Of a stretch of DNA of 64,000 nt, positions 48,592 to 58,432 are shown piece after piece (positions within the stretch are counted from its first letter, which is position 1; each line of letters begins with the position of its first letter). This stretch comes from Lachnospiraceae bacterium (lineage in GTDB: Bacteria; Bacillota; Clostridia; Lachnospirales; Lachnospiraceae), in contig JAAWNY010000001.1 of NCBI GenBank assembly GCA_022799175.1, forward strand, positions 4,999 to 68,998. Reading direction: 5' to 3'. The notes beneath the pieces are model-generated. The model saw only the letters and a list, made by a program, of their open reading frames with translations. It ran no database searches and was not told the origin of the DNA. The translations under genes were made by a program, and so were the position numbers.

Positions 48592-50031
48592 ATGGGAAAA
48601 CAGTATGAGACAGTCATTGGTCTGGAGGTACATGTGGAGTTGGCCACGAAAACCAAGATTTTTTGCGGCTGTTCCACAGAGTTTGGCGGTGCCCCCAATA
48701 CTCACACATGTCCGGTTTGCACGGGAATGCCTGGGTCTTTGCCAGTGCTCAACAAGCAGGTGGTGGAATATGCGTTAGCTGTAGGGTTGGCTACCAATTG
48801 CAGCATTAATCAGTATTGCAAATTTGATCGCAAGAATTATTTTTATCCGGATAATCCCCAGAACTATCAGATTTCCCAACTGTATCTGCCAATTTGCCAT
48901 GATGGTTGGGTGGAGATTGAGACGGCGACCGGAAAAAAGAAAATAGGTATTCATGAGATCCATATGGAAGAGGATGCGGGCAAGTTAGTTCACGATGAGT
49001 GGGAAGATTGTTCTCTGGTAGATTATAATCGCAGCGGCGTGCCGCTGATTGAGATTGTATCTGAACCAGATATGCGCAGTGCCGATGAGGTAATCGCTTA
49101 TTTGGAAAAGCTGCGATTGATTATACAATATCTGGGCGCTTCGGACTGCAAGCTTCAGGAAGGGTCGATGCGGGCAGATGTAAACTTGTCTGTGCGGGAG
49201 ATGGGGGTCATGGAATTTGGAACCCGCACAGAGATGAAAAATCTGAATTCCTTTAAGGCGATTGCCCGGGCAATTGAGGGAGAAAGAACCCGCCAGATTG
49301 AGCTTTTGGAAGATGGAAGAAAAGTAATTCAGGAAACTAGGCGGTGGGATGACAATAAAGAATCTTCTCATGCCATGCGTTCTAAGGAAGATGCCAAAGA
49401 TTATCGTTATTTTCCGGATCCCGATCTGGTTCCGATAGAAATTTCGGATGCGTGGATTGCTCAGATAAAAGGGAAGCAGCCAGAGTTGCAGACGGAGAAG
49501 TTGTCTCGCTATCAGACCGAATATCAGCTGCCTAGATATGATGCAGAGATTCTCACCAGCTCCAAGCATCTAGCGGATGTGTTTGAGGAGGCCGTGAAGC
49601 TCAGCCAGCAGCCGAAGGAGGTTTCCAACTGGCTGATGACGGATACCATGCGCCTTTTGAAAGAGCGGGGGGAGGAGCCGGAAGACCTTTCTTTTGATCC
49701 GGCAAATTTGGCAAAACTCATCGAATTGGTAGATAAAAAGATCATTAACCGTACGGTTGCCCGGGAAGTGTTTGCAGAGATCTTTGAGAATAATGTAGAT
49801 CCTGCACAGTTCGTGGAGGAAAAAGGGCTGAAGGTGGTCAGTGACGAAGGGGCCTTGCGAGACGTGATTGAGGAGATTTTGGCAAAAAATCCGCAGTCGG
49901 TGGCAGATTATAAAGCTGGAAAGCAGAAAGCAATGGGATTTGTAGTAGGACAGACGATGCGGGCAATGAAAGGAAAGGCAGATCCGGCAGTGGTGAATGA
50001 GCTGGTGAAGACGATGTTGGAAAATGCGTAA
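48592..50031 (+). CDS. gatB: Asp/Glu-tRNA amidotransferase subunit B
   Basis: IGLEVHVEL, RKNYFYPD, DYNRSGVPLIEIV and GSMRADVN motifs. Confidence 0.98.
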   Translation: MGKQYETVIGLEVHVELATKTKIFCGCSTEFGGAPNTHTCPVCTGMPGSLPVLNKQVVEYALAVGLATNCSINQYCKFDRKNYFYPDNPQNYQISQLYLPICHDGWVEIETATGKKKIGIHEIHMEEDAGKLVHDEWEDCSLVDYNRSGVPLIEIVSEPDMRSADEVIAYLEKLRLIIQYLGASDCKLQEGSMRADVNLSVREMGVMEFGTRTEMKNLNSFKAIARAIEGERTRQIELLEDGRKVIQETRRWDDNKESSHAMRSKEDAKDYRYFPDPDLVPIEISDAWIAQIKGKQPELQTEKLSRYQTEYQLPRYDAEILTSSKHLADVFEEAVKLSQQPKEVSNWLMTDTMRLLKERGEEPEDLSFDPANLAKLIELVDKKIINRTVAREVFAEIFENNVDPAQFVEEKGLKVVSDEGALRDVIEEILAKNPQSVADYKAGKQKAMGFVVGQTMRAMKGKADPAVVNELVKTMLENA

Positions 50032-50157
50032 TGGCAGATGTTTTTTGTGCCAACAAATAGCCGGGGCAGCTGGAAAGAAAAATGGATTGTAAAGAAGCAG
50101 ATTTTCGTGTAGAATAAGAACCAATTTTAAAAGAATGAATAAGAGGAGGAATGCAAT

Positions 50158-51462
50158 ATGCAGCCGTATGCAGAGATGAGTACTGAGGAATTGCACGCGT
50201 TAAAGAAACAGTTATCCGTTCGCTACCGGGATTTTCAGGGAAAAGATTTGCGACTTGATATGTCCAGGGGAAAGCCCAGTGTGGATCAACTAGATCTTTC
50301 CATGGGGATGATGGATGTTTTGAGCAGTGATGATGATTTGACTTGTGATGATGGTACCGATTGCCGGAACTACGGTGTTCTGACAGGTATCGGGGAGGCG
50401 AAGGAATTGATCGGGGATATGATGGAGGTATCCCCGGACAATATTATAATATATGGAAACTCCAGTCTGAATGTGATGTTTGATACGGTGTCCCGTTCCA
50501 TGACCCATGGCGTGATGGGATGTACACCCTGGTGTAAGCTGGATCAGGTGAAGTTCTTATGTCCGGTGCCGGGATATGACCGCCATTTTGCCATCACAGA
50601 ATATTTTGGCATTGAAATGATCAGCGTACCTTTAACTGGAGAAGGCCCCGATATGGATATCGTGGAAAAATTGGTAGCTGAGGATGACAGCATTAAAGGA
50701 ATCTGGTGCGTACCGAAGTATTCGAATCCTACAGGCAACAGCTACTCCGATGTGACAGTCCGCCGTTTTGCCCGTTTAAAGCCGGCGGCACCGGATTTCA
50801 GAATCTACTGGGATAATGCATATGGAATTCATCACCTGTACGACTATGATCAGGATCATCTGATTGAGATTTTGGCCGAGTGTAAACGGGCCGGCAATCC
50901 GGATCTGGTATATAAGTTTTCATCCACTTCGAAAATCAGCTTTCCTGGTTCTGGTATCGCGGCCATTGCCACATCCCGCAACAATCTGGAGGATATCGAG
51001 AAGCAGCTGAAATTCCAGACGATTGGCCATGATAAGGTAAATCAGCTGCGTCATGTCCGCTTTTTTGGCGGTATTCATGGTATGGTAGAGCACATGCGGC
51101 TACATGCAGATATTATGCGTCCAAAGTTTGAAGCAGTAACCAGTACTTTGGAGAGAGAACTGGATGGTTTGGGGATTGCCAGCTGGACAAGTCCGAAAGG
51201 CGGTTATTTTATCTCTTTTGATGCCATGGAGGGCTGCGCAAAGGAGATTGTGGCACGTTGTAAAAAAGCAGGTTTGATCATGACGGGGGCTGGCGCTACT
51301 TACCCATATGGAAAGGACCCTCATGACAGTAATATCCGGATTGCTCCGTCTTACCCGCCTCTTGAGGATCTGATTTTAGCCATGGAACTTTTTGCCCTTT
51401 GTGTCAAGATTGTCAGTATCAATAAAATTTTGGCTGACAGAAAAGCAAAGGGAGAGATTTAA
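50158..51462 (+). CDS. PLP-dependent aminotransferase (class I/II fold, aspartate aminotransferase-like)
   Basis: LDMSRGKP, VPKYSNPTG, YWDNAY, STSKISF and IRIAPSYP motifs; promoter TTGTAA-17-TAGAAT at 50087-50115. Confidence 0.88.
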   Translation: MQPYAEMSTEELHALKKQLSVRYRDFQGKDLRLDMSRGKPSVDQLDLSMGMMDVLSSDDDLTCDDGTDCRNYGVLTGIGEAKELIGDMMEVSPDNIIIYGNSSLNVMFDTVSRSMTHGVMGCTPWCKLDQVKFLCPVPGYDRHFAITEYFGIEMISVPLTGEGPDMDIVEKLVAEDDSIKGIWCVPKYSNPTGNSYSDVTVRRFARLKPAAPDFRIYWDNAYGIHHLYDYDQDHLIEILAECKRAGNPDLVYKFSSTSKISFPGSGIAAIATSRNNLEDIEKQLKFQTIGHDKVNQLRHVRFFGGIHGMVEHMRLHADIMRPKFEAVTSTLERELDGLGIASWTSPKGGYFISFDAMEGCAKEIVARCKKAGLIMTGAGATYPYGKDPHDSNIRIAPSYPPLEDLILAMELFALCVKIVSINKILADRKAKGEI

Positions 51463-51485
51463 ATTCCCATTTTTGCCTATTTTTT

Positions 51486-51653
51486 GAGGTGTTATAAAAT
51501 AAGTCGTCAGCCATTTCCCTATCTTGTGTTGGCACAATTCACGTACCCTGTCGGATATTAATGGATAAAGTCCACCAATATCCGACAGGGTATTCGTGAA
51601 CAGCTGGACATGAGATACGTGAAATGGCTGATGGCTTATTTTGCAAGACCTCC
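51486..51653 (+). ncRNA. 168-nt rod-shaped palindromic element (candidate structured RNA or repeat element)
   Basis: About 38-bp outer stem, internal loop, 22-bp inner stem; G-U pairs favour the plus strand. Confidence 0.5.
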
Positions 51654-51715
51654 TCTTTACTTTTTTTTATTCCTGCCCTATAATACAATAGACTGTGCAA
51701 AGGAGAAGCTCTGAA

Positions 51716-52144
51716 ATGAAGCAATTAGGGAATCAGTGGAAAGCAAAGCTGATCAATTATGAAACGATTTCTTATTTAATTTTTGGCGTGTTGACGACGT
51801 TGACCGATTGGATTAGCTATGGAGTCATGACCCGCTACGGGAATGTGGATTATCGGGTTGCTACGGCAGGAGCATGGGCGGCGGCAGTACTGTTTGCCTT
51901 TGTAACGAACAAGCTGTTTGTATTTCAAAGCCGGAACTTCAGTCTCGGAAAGGTATGGGAAGAATGGATACCATTTGTGACCTGCCGGGTAGCCACAGGT
52001 CTGTTTACTTTGGCGGCTATGATGGCGATGGTAGATGGAATCGGTATTCAGCAAGATCTTATCTGCAAAGTGGTGGTGTCGGGAATTTCCCTGGTGATGA
52101 ATTATGTTTTAAGTAAATGGTTTGTGTTCAGAAAGGCATCGTAA
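51716..52144 (+). CDS. GtrA family flippase-like membrane protein
   Basis: YLIFGVLTT, FAFVTNKLFVF and NYVLSKWFVF motifs; promoter TTTACT-17-TATAAT at 51656-51684. Confidence 0.9.
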   Translation: MKQLGNQWKAKLINYETISYLIFGVLTTLTDWISYGVMTRYGNVDYRVATAGAWAAAVLFAFVTNKLFVFQSRNFSLGKVWEEWIPFVTCRVATGLFTLAAMMAMVDGIGIQQDLICKVVVSGISLVMNYVLSKWFVFRKAS

Positions 52145-52193
52145 GGCAACAGGGGGAGTAAAACGGTTATGGGAAAAGCAGGGAGAAACCAGA

Positions 52194-54980
52194 ATGGCAT
52201 ATGAGGATATATACCGTATTACGAAAGAGCTAGAGGATTTACTTATGATAGATAAAGAGAGAATATTAACGTGGGAAGAAGAACAGCCGGATTCGATGGA
52301 CAGGCAGAATGAAATTTGCCTGGAGGAGGAGACGACTGTCCGAGAACAGGATATCGCACAAGAAGAAGAGGAGACGACTGTAGAAAATGAGAATGAAGTG
52401 ACAATATCCGGAAAACATCATTTTGAGATGGGGGGAGGGGCCTGGAGCCTGATACGTCCCAATGACGGATGGATCGTTGCTTTTGTGGTGCCGATGGTGA
52501 TTCTGCTGATTATTTTTGCGCAGCGGGGAATCTATCCCTTTGGTGAGGAGTCTTTTCTGCGTACGGATATGTATCATCAATATGCACCTTTTTTTTCGGA
52601 ATTTCGTAATAAGCTGGCTCATGGAGAAAGCCTGCTTTATAGCTGGAATGTTGGGATGGGCATTAATTTCTCTGCTTTATATGCCTATTATCTGGCAAGT
52701 CCGCTCAACGGTTTGCTGTTTTTTTGTCCGGAAAAATATGTGATCGAATTTATGACCTACATGATTGTTTTAAAGACGGGACTTTGTGGGCTTTCTATGG
52801 CCTATTATCTGAGAAAGCATTGTAAAAGCGAAAATTTGGGAATTGGATTTTTTGGGATTTTTTATGCTTTGTCTGGATATATGGCAGCATATAGCTGGAA
52901 TATCATGTGGTTGGATTGCATTATTTTGTTCCCGCTGATTATGTTGGGCCTGGAGCGGTTGGTGCAGGATGGGAAGGGACTTTTGTATTGCTTGACTTTG
53001 GGAATATCGATTTTTTCTAACTACTATATCTCCCTTATGACCTGTATTTTTATGGTGCTGTATTTTGTAGCATTATTGATCTTAGAGAGACGGATGACAT
53101 GGGAAAAATTTGTCAGCCGGTGTGCCGCTTTTGCCTTTTATTCGTTGGTGGCCGGAGGACTGGCCGCCGTTGTTCTTTTGCCAGAGATTTATGCTCTGAT
53201 GATGACAGCATCAGGAAAATTTAATTTTCCCAAATTGCAGGAACCTTATTTTCCGATTTTTGATATGCTGGCCCGTCATATTGGCAATGTGGAATCTGAG
53301 ATTGGTTTGGATCACTGGCCGAACATTTATTGTGGAGTGGCGGTGTTGATGTTTTTGCCTCTGTATTGGATATCGAAGAAAATATCTGGCAGAGAGAAAG
53401 TAGTATACAGTGTATTGTTGCTGTTTTTCCTGGCTAGTTTTTCCATTAATGTGCTGAATTTTATCTGGCATGGATTTCATTTTCCCAATAGTTTACCCTG
53501 CCGGCAGTCGTATATCTATATTTTTCTGGTGTTGGTGATGTGCTGTAAGGCATATCTCCAGCTGTCGGAAATTTCCTGGAAGCATGTGCTTTTGACATTC
53601 TGGGGAGCAGTAGGATTTGTGTTGATGGCTCAAAAGCTAGTGACAGAAGAACATTTTCACTTTTCTGTATTTTATGTGGCAATTTTGTTTTTAGCCTTGT
53701 ATTTGTGGATTTTATGGTTGCATAAGCAAAGACCTCGTTTCCGGAACCGGGCGATTTTGCTAGCGCTGGTATTGGTGGCAATGGAATCGTCAGTCAATAT
53801 GACAGTGACTAGTGTGACTACTACTAGCCGTACTGCATATGTCAAAGACAATGAGTCCGTAAAAAAATTAGTGAATTCTGTTCTGCCGTCCGATACCTTC
53901 TTTCGGATGGAGAAAGTGACAAGAAAGACGAAAAATGATGGCGCTTGGATGAATTTTCCGTCAGTGTCTTTGTTCTCTTCTACAGCAAATGCAGATTTAA
54001 CGAAATTGTTTAAAAAATTGGGTTGTGAGAGTTCCACAAATGCTTATAGTATTACTGGAAGTACACCATTGATTGATATGTTGTTTGCGGTCCGTTATGG
54101 TATTTATTCGGAAGAACCGGTAGATACCGGAATGCGGGATTTTGTGGCGTGCGAGGATGATACGGTTTTGTATCGCAATAACTATACGCTGCCATTGGGG
54201 TTTATGGTAGAAGCAGATTTTGAGCAGTACTGGGATCGGGAGGCGGGAAATCCTGCCGCTGTACAGAATAATCTTGCCGGAAGTGTCGGGGCAGATCCAG
54301 TACTGATCCTGGAGACGGATATTTCTTCTTCCGGAGAGGGACTGACCTTTTGTCCCAAGGAGGGTGGCGAGTATTATGTTTATGTGAACAATACTTCCAT
54401 TGAAAAGGTAACAGCAGAGACCTGGAGAGGGACGAAAACCTATAATAATGTCAATCGAGGATATCTGTTGGAGCTGGGATATTGTACTGCTGAAGATATG
54501 GTTACTTTGAAGACAGAAGATGCTTCGGATGGAGTGTGGGCAGAGGTATATCGATTTTCGGAGACAGGGCTGGCTCAGATCTATGAACGACTTTCGGAAG
54601 AACCCTGGAAACTGACAAGCTGGCAGGAAACACGACTAGAAGGGATCATATCAGCGGAGGAAGGGGGAGTGATGATTACCACAATCCCTTACGATGAGGG
54701 ATGGACCATTCTGGTAGATGGGGAAGAGCAGCAGAAGGAAAAGGTGTTGGATGCTTTTATTGGCGTGTCTGTGACGCCGGGGACTCATAAGATTTCCATG
54801 AGGTATCGTCCGGAGGGCCTGGTAAAAGGAGGTCTGATCACTGCCGGATGTGTAGTGCTTTTGTTGGCAGTGGAATATGCTTGTCAGTTCTGGCGTCGGA
54901 GGAAGTGGGAGGAAGAAGTATGGGGAGAGGAAATACCGGAAGAAGAAATATGGGAAGAGGAAATACCAAAACAAGAATAA
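52194..54980 (+). CDS. YfhO family polytopic GT-C glycosyltransferase
   Basis: [32 protein letters not shown] and IPYDEGW motifs. Confidence 0.88.
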   Translation: MAYEDIYRITKELEDLLMIDKERILTWEEEQPDSMDRQNEICLEEETTVREQDIAQEEEETTVENENEVTISGKHHFEMGGGAWSLIRPNDGWIVAFVVPMVILLIIFAQRGIYPFGEESFLRTDMYHQYAPFFSEFRNKLAHGESLLYSWNVGMGINFSALYAYYLASPLNGLLFFCPEKYVIEFMTYMIVLKTGLCGLSMAYYLRKHCKSENLGIGFFGIFYALSGYMAAYSWNIMWLDCIILFPLIMLGLERLVQDGKGLLYCLTLGISIFSNYYISLMTCIFMVLYFVALLILERRMTWEKFVSRCAAFAFYSLVAGGLAAVVLLPEIYALMMTASGKFNFPKLQEPYFPIFDMLARHIGNVESEIGLDHWPNIYCGVAVLMFLPLYWISKKISGREKVVYSVLLLFFLASFSINVLNFIWHGFHFPNSLPCRQSYIYIFLVLVMCCKAYLQLSEISWKHVLLTFWGAVGFVLMAQKLVTEEHFHFSVFYVAILFLALYLWILWLHKQRPRFRNRAILLALVLVAMESSVNMTVTSVTTTSRTAYVKDNESVKKLVNSVLPSDTFFRMEKVTRKTKNDGAWMNFPSVSLFSSTANADLTKLFKKLGCESSTNAYSITGSTPLIDMLFAVRYGIYSEEPVDTGMRDFVACEDDTVLYRNNYTLPLGFMVEADFEQYWDREAGNPAAVQNNLAGSVGADPVLILETDISSSGEGLTFCPKEGGEYYVYVNNTSIEKVTAETWRGTKTYNNVNRGYLLELGYCTAEDMVTLKTEDASDGVWAEVYRFSETGLAQIYERLSEEPWKLTSWQETRLEGIISAEEGGVMITTIPYDEGWTILVDGEEQQKEKVLDAFIGVSVTPGTHKISMRYRPEGLVKGGLITAGCVVLLLAVEYACQFWRRRKWEEEVWGEEIPEEEIWEEEIPKQE
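54906..54980 (+). repeat. Five in-frame 15-bp tandem units at the yfhO 3' end
   Basis: tgggaggaagaagta / tggggagaggaaata / ccggaagaagaaata / tgggaagaggaaata / ccaaaacaagaataa, encoding [24 protein letters not shown]. Confidence 0.75.
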
Positions 54981-55002
54981 AGGAAGTGAGGAGAGAATCG
55001 TT

Positions 55003-56382
55003 ATGAAGTTATGGGGCGGACGTTTTACAAAAGAGGAGAATCAACTGGTGCATAATTTTAATGAATCTCTGTCCTTTGATCGGAAGTTTTACCGGCAGGA
55101 CATCGAAGGAAGCATTGCTCATGTGACTATGCTGGGAAAACAGGGAATTGTGTCAAAGAAAGATCAGGAGGCGATTGTCAACGGCCTGAAGGGGATTCTT
55201 GCAGATTTGGAATCGGGAAAACTAGAATTTACAAATGAACATGAAGATATCCATTCTTTTGTGGAAGCAAATCTGATTCAGAGAATCGGAGAGGCGGGCA
55301 AACGGCTGCATACCGGACGCAGCCGAAACGACCAGGTAGCACTGGATATGAAGCTGTATTGTTGGGACGAGCTGGGGGAGATGGATGGACTGGTAAAGGC
55401 GCTGCTGGAAAATCTACTGGCCATCATGGAAGAAAACCTGGATACCTATATGCCTGGTTTTACTCATCTGCAGAAAGCGCAGCCAATCACACTGGCACAC
55501 CATATCGGCGCTTATTTTGAGATGTTTTCCCGGGATCGGAGCCGCTTACATGATATTCGGGAACGGATGGATACTTGCCCATTGGGGGCTGGCGCTCTGG
55601 CGGGAACTACTTATCCTCTGGATCGGGATTACAGTGCCGCTTTGTTGGGTTTTGCCGGTCCAACCAGAAACAGCATCGATTCTGTGGCGGATCGGGATTA
55701 TGTGATTGAGCTTTTGTCAGCAATGTCGATTCTGATGATGCATCTGAGCCGCTTTAGTGAAGAGATCATTCTTTGGAACAGTAATGAGTACCAGTTTGTA
55801 GAAATTGATGATGCTTATAGCACGGGCAGCAGTATTATGCCACAAAAGAAAAACCCGGATATTGCAGAATTGGTTCGTGGCAAGACGGGAAGGGTATATG
55901 GAGCATTGGTGGCGCTGTTGACCACCATGAAGGGGCTTCCTCTTGCTTATAACAAAGACATGCAGGAGGATAAAGAGTTGACCTTTGATGCCATTGATAC
56001 GGTCAAAGGATGTCTTGTTTTGTTTACGGGCATGATTGCCACTATGACATTCCACAAAGATGTGATGGAGTCAAGTGCAAAAAATGGTTTTACCAACGCC
56101 ACAGACGTCGCGGACTACCTGGTAGGACATGGGGTGCCATTTCGCGACGCCCATGGAATTGTGGGACAATTGGTGCTTCGCTGCTTAGAGAGGGGAATTG
56201 CTCTGGATGATTTGTCGCTGGAAGAGTTTCGTGCAATGAGTCCGGTGTTTGACGAGGATATTTATGAGTCCATCAGTATGAGGAATTGCGTTGAACGACG
56301 GAACATCATTGGTGCACCAGGGCAAAAAGCAATGAAACAGGTGATTGAAACATATAAAAAACAGCTTTTGGGCAACAATTAA
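55003..56382 (+). CDS. argH: Argininosuccinate lyase
   Basis: [26 protein letters not shown] and [12 protein letters not shown] motifs. Confidence 0.97.
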   Translation: MKLWGGRFTKEENQLVHNFNESLSFDRKFYRQDIEGSIAHVTMLGKQGIVSKKDQEAIVNGLKGILADLESGKLEFTNEHEDIHSFVEANLIQRIGEAGKRLHTGRSRNDQVALDMKLYCWDELGEMDGLVKALLENLLAIMEENLDTYMPGFTHLQKAQPITLAHHIGAYFEMFSRDRSRLHDIRERMDTCPLGAGALAGTTYPLDRDYSAALLGFAGPTRNSIDSVADRDYVIELLSAMSILMMHLSRFSEEIILWNSNEYQFVEIDDAYSTGSSIMPQKKNPDIAELVRGKTGRVYGALVALLTTMKGLPLAYNKDMQEDKELTFDAIDTVKGCLVLFTGMIATMTFHKDVMESSAKNGFTNATDVADYLVGHGVPFRDAHGIVGQLVLRCLERGIALDDLSLEEFRAMSPVFDEDIYESISMRNCVERRNIIGAPGQKAMKQVIETYKKQLLGNN

Positions 56383-57128
56383 CGGACCAGAAATACTTCC
56401 ATTTTACGACTGCCATGTCTTAATGCCTGGAGATGGCTGTCATAATAGATATCGATATGTTTTCCGTTGACGCCGCTGCCACAATCTTCAGCCGTATAGA
56501 TCACTCCATTAATCATCAGTTTGGTGCCGTAGGGAATGACTCTTGGATCCACAGCAACGGTATGACCAGAGCGGGGAATGGCGCCAGTGCTGGTGCGTTT
56601 TCCCCATTTTCCGGAGCAATGGGAGCAGGGACAGTATCCGGTCGTGCGGAATATACCTAAGGAACGGGTGGCGGTGGCAGTTGCTGGCGATTCTGTCTCC
56701 GGAACCGATTCACTTTCTTTTTCTTGTGGAACCTCACCTTTGATATAAGACTGGGTATTGCCGAACTGTTTGCCGTCCACGGTGCCTTCGATTTGGTAGA
56801 TGCCGTCCGGCAGAGAGTCCCAGTCCATCCGGATTCGAAAACCATGCATTCCGTTGCCGATGCCGTTTTCTTTCAGATCGTTCCGGTAAACGGCAGCAGT
56901 GGGAGAAAAACTGCTGACTATCTGGGAGGTTGCCTTATTGGTAATGGTTACATGAACTGGGACTACCGTGTTTGGCTGGCTGGATTCCCACCCCCAGCCA
57001 ACAATCGTATTTCCCTCCATAGGGTCAAAGTATCCATCCAATGGCTCTGCAAAAGTAAGAATAGAGCCGCTTTGCAGCAGGATAGTTATTAATAGCAGGC
57101 ATGTCCATAAGAATTTGTTTTTTAACAT
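56379..57128 (-). CDS. Secreted 3D-domain (MltA-like lytic transglycosylase-type) protein with an N-terminal beta-rich domain
   Basis: Signal peptide; [10 protein letters not shown]...[12 protein letters not shown]...AEDCG...IDIY. Confidence 0.85.
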   Translation of the reverse strand: MLKNKFLWTCLLLITILLQSGSILTFAEPLDGYFDPMEGNTIVGWGWESSQPNTVVPVHVTITNKATSQIVSSFSPTAAVYRNDLKENGIGNGMHGFRIRMDWDSLPDGIYQIEGTVDGKQFGNTQSYIKGEVPQEKESESVPETESPATATATRSLGIFRTTGYCPCSHCSGKWGKRTSTGAIPRSGHTVAVDPRVIPYGTKLMINGVIYTAEDCGSGVNGKHIDIYYDSHLQALRHGSRKMEVFLVR

Positions 57129-57190
57129 GATTATACTCCTTTCTTGTTACAATATAAAATGAAATGAAAATTTCACATGTTTTAAATATA

Positions 57191-57207
57191 TGTAACAAAA
57201 ATGTAAT
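57191..57207 (+). promoter_or_regulatory. WalR (YycF)-type box upstream of 3D gene 1
   Basis: TGTAAC-aaaaa-TGTAAT is an exact match to TGTWAH-N5-TGTWAH. Confidence 0.65.
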
Positions 57208-57406
57208 ATATGACCATGATTGTCATTGAAATAGCAAAGAGGGTATCGCAAAATTAATGTTATTTAGATTATGTAGTGACAAAGGGTACGCCAAAGAAAA
57301 GGGGCAAGAAGCAGCAAGAAATCGTTGGTTCCTTTTTCCGATTTCTTGCTATTTCTCACCCCTCTTCTTTGTCTGTGTTTCTCGTTTTCTTATCTAAATG
57401 ATGTTG

Positions 57407-57484
57407 ATCGCAAAATAAGCCATTCGCCATTTCCCGTATTTCAAGCCCGGAATACAGAAAATGGCGAATGGCTTATTTTGCGAT
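57407..57484. repeat. 78-nt palindrome related to the 51486-51653 element
   Basis: Perfect 26-bp inverted repeat ATCGCAAAATAAGCCATTCGCCATTT; 28 of 32 nt identical to the other element's arm. Confidence 0.8.
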
Positions 57485-57505
57485 ATTTTTTGCAGTTATA
57501 TTGTG

Positions 57506-58207
57506 TTATTGAACAGTAAATACTTCCTGAAGTTGTTTGCCGTGATTCATTGCTTCTTCGTGATTGTCATAGTAGATGTCGATATGCTCGCCGATTACAT
57601 TGGAGCCAATATCTTCTACTGTATAGACAATGTCGCCGATTATCAGGCGAGTGCCGATAGGAAATAGAGAAATATCAGCGGAAACGGTATGATTTGCCTG
57701 GGGGACTGTTCCGGAATAAGTCAGGCCAAAGCCGCCAGAACATTCATCGCAAGCACAATAACCGGTAGTGGTAAACATTCCCAAAGAAGCGCCTTTATTA
57801 ATTTGATTTTTATTCGTTACTTCTTTTATCGGGGAAGGCGCCGCTTTGCCATTTCCACAAGTAACGACTGGCGAACCGATGGAAGCGGAGGGAGAGTTAT
57901 GGGAAATACCAATAGTATCAACGTCTTGGGGACCTTCTGTTTTTTGTGGAGGTTGAGAGCTGACCGGACCACCGGAGACCGGCATGTCTGCGGATATGTA
58001 TGACTCGCCAGGTGCACTGGAAGCATGTATCATCCCGGTATCTTTGGAAATTTCACTGGCTTTTACATTTTGAATTGTACCATCAATTGCCATCCCTCCA
58101 CCAGGAACCTCAGCACCGAAAGCTGACAGTCCAAAGATAGTTACCCATAATAGTGTCATAATACTCATCGAAATAAAGCTTGTCTTATTAATTTTTAAAT
58201 GATACAT
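57506..58207 (-). CDS. Second secreted 3D-domain protein with a low-complexity linker
   Basis: Signal peptide; TTGYCACDEC...SADISLFPIGT...VEDIG...IDIYY; ATG at 58207 after gaggtg. Confidence 0.85.
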   Translation of the reverse strand: MYHLKINKTSFISMSIMTLLWVTIFGLSAFGAEVPGGGMAIDGTIQNVKASEISKDTGMIHASSAPGESYISADMPVSGGPVSSQPPQKTEGPQDVDTIGISHNSPSASIGSPVVTCGNGKAAPSPIKEVTNKNQINKGASLGMFTTTGYCACDECSGGFGLTYSGTVPQANHTVSADISLFPIGTRLIIGDIVYTVEDIGSNVIGEHIDIYYDNHEEAMNHGKQLQEVFTVQ

Positions 58208-58242
58208 ACGGATCACCTCACATTCTGGTATTTTCTATATCC

Positions 58243-58270
58243 ATTATATTACAAAATTGTTAAATGTCAA
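58243..58270 (-). promoter_or_regulatory. Promoter of 3D gene 2 with a WalR-like box in the spacer
   Basis: TTGACA-16 bp-TATAAT; the spacer contains TTTAAC-aattt-TGTAAT (1 mismatch to the WalR box). Confidence 0.7.
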
Positions 58271-58344
58271 GGATTGCTTTTTATATGGACTTTTTGAAGA
58301 TAAATAACCATTGTTGTGAATCAAAAGTTTTTCTTGAAAACCTC

Positions 58345-58373
58345 TTGACAAAAGCGGTTAGGTAAAGTATATT
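58345..58373 (+). promoter_or_regulatory. Sigma-A promoter of the hrcA operon
   Basis: TTGACA-17 bp-TATATT. Confidence 0.85.
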
Positions 58374-58384
58374 AGTCACAGATA

Positions 58385-58411
58385 TTAGCACTCCCATTCA
58401 ATGAGTGCTAA
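58385..58411. promoter_or_regulatory. CIRCE operator
   Basis: Perfect TTAGCACTC-N9-GAGTGCTAA. Confidence 0.98.
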
Positions 58412-58432
58412 CAAACAAAAATGGAGGCCGTC

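Noticed and set aside
50045-51537. 11-bp inverted match TTGTGCCAACA on both sides of the aminotransferase, suggesting TIRs or sigma-54 sites
   Set aside because: The match does not extend, there is no target-site duplication, and the GG-N10-GC spacing is absent; chance cannot be excluded.
51539-51724. Minus-strand ORF through the rod element as a type I toxin
   Set aside because: AGGAGG is only 2 nt from the TTG, and the peptide is not hydrophobic.
54877-55002. Lys/Arg-rich N-terminal extension of argH in the ORF track
   Set aside because: It is the alternative frame of the yfhO tandem repeat; the real start is ATG 55003 (MKLWGGRF).
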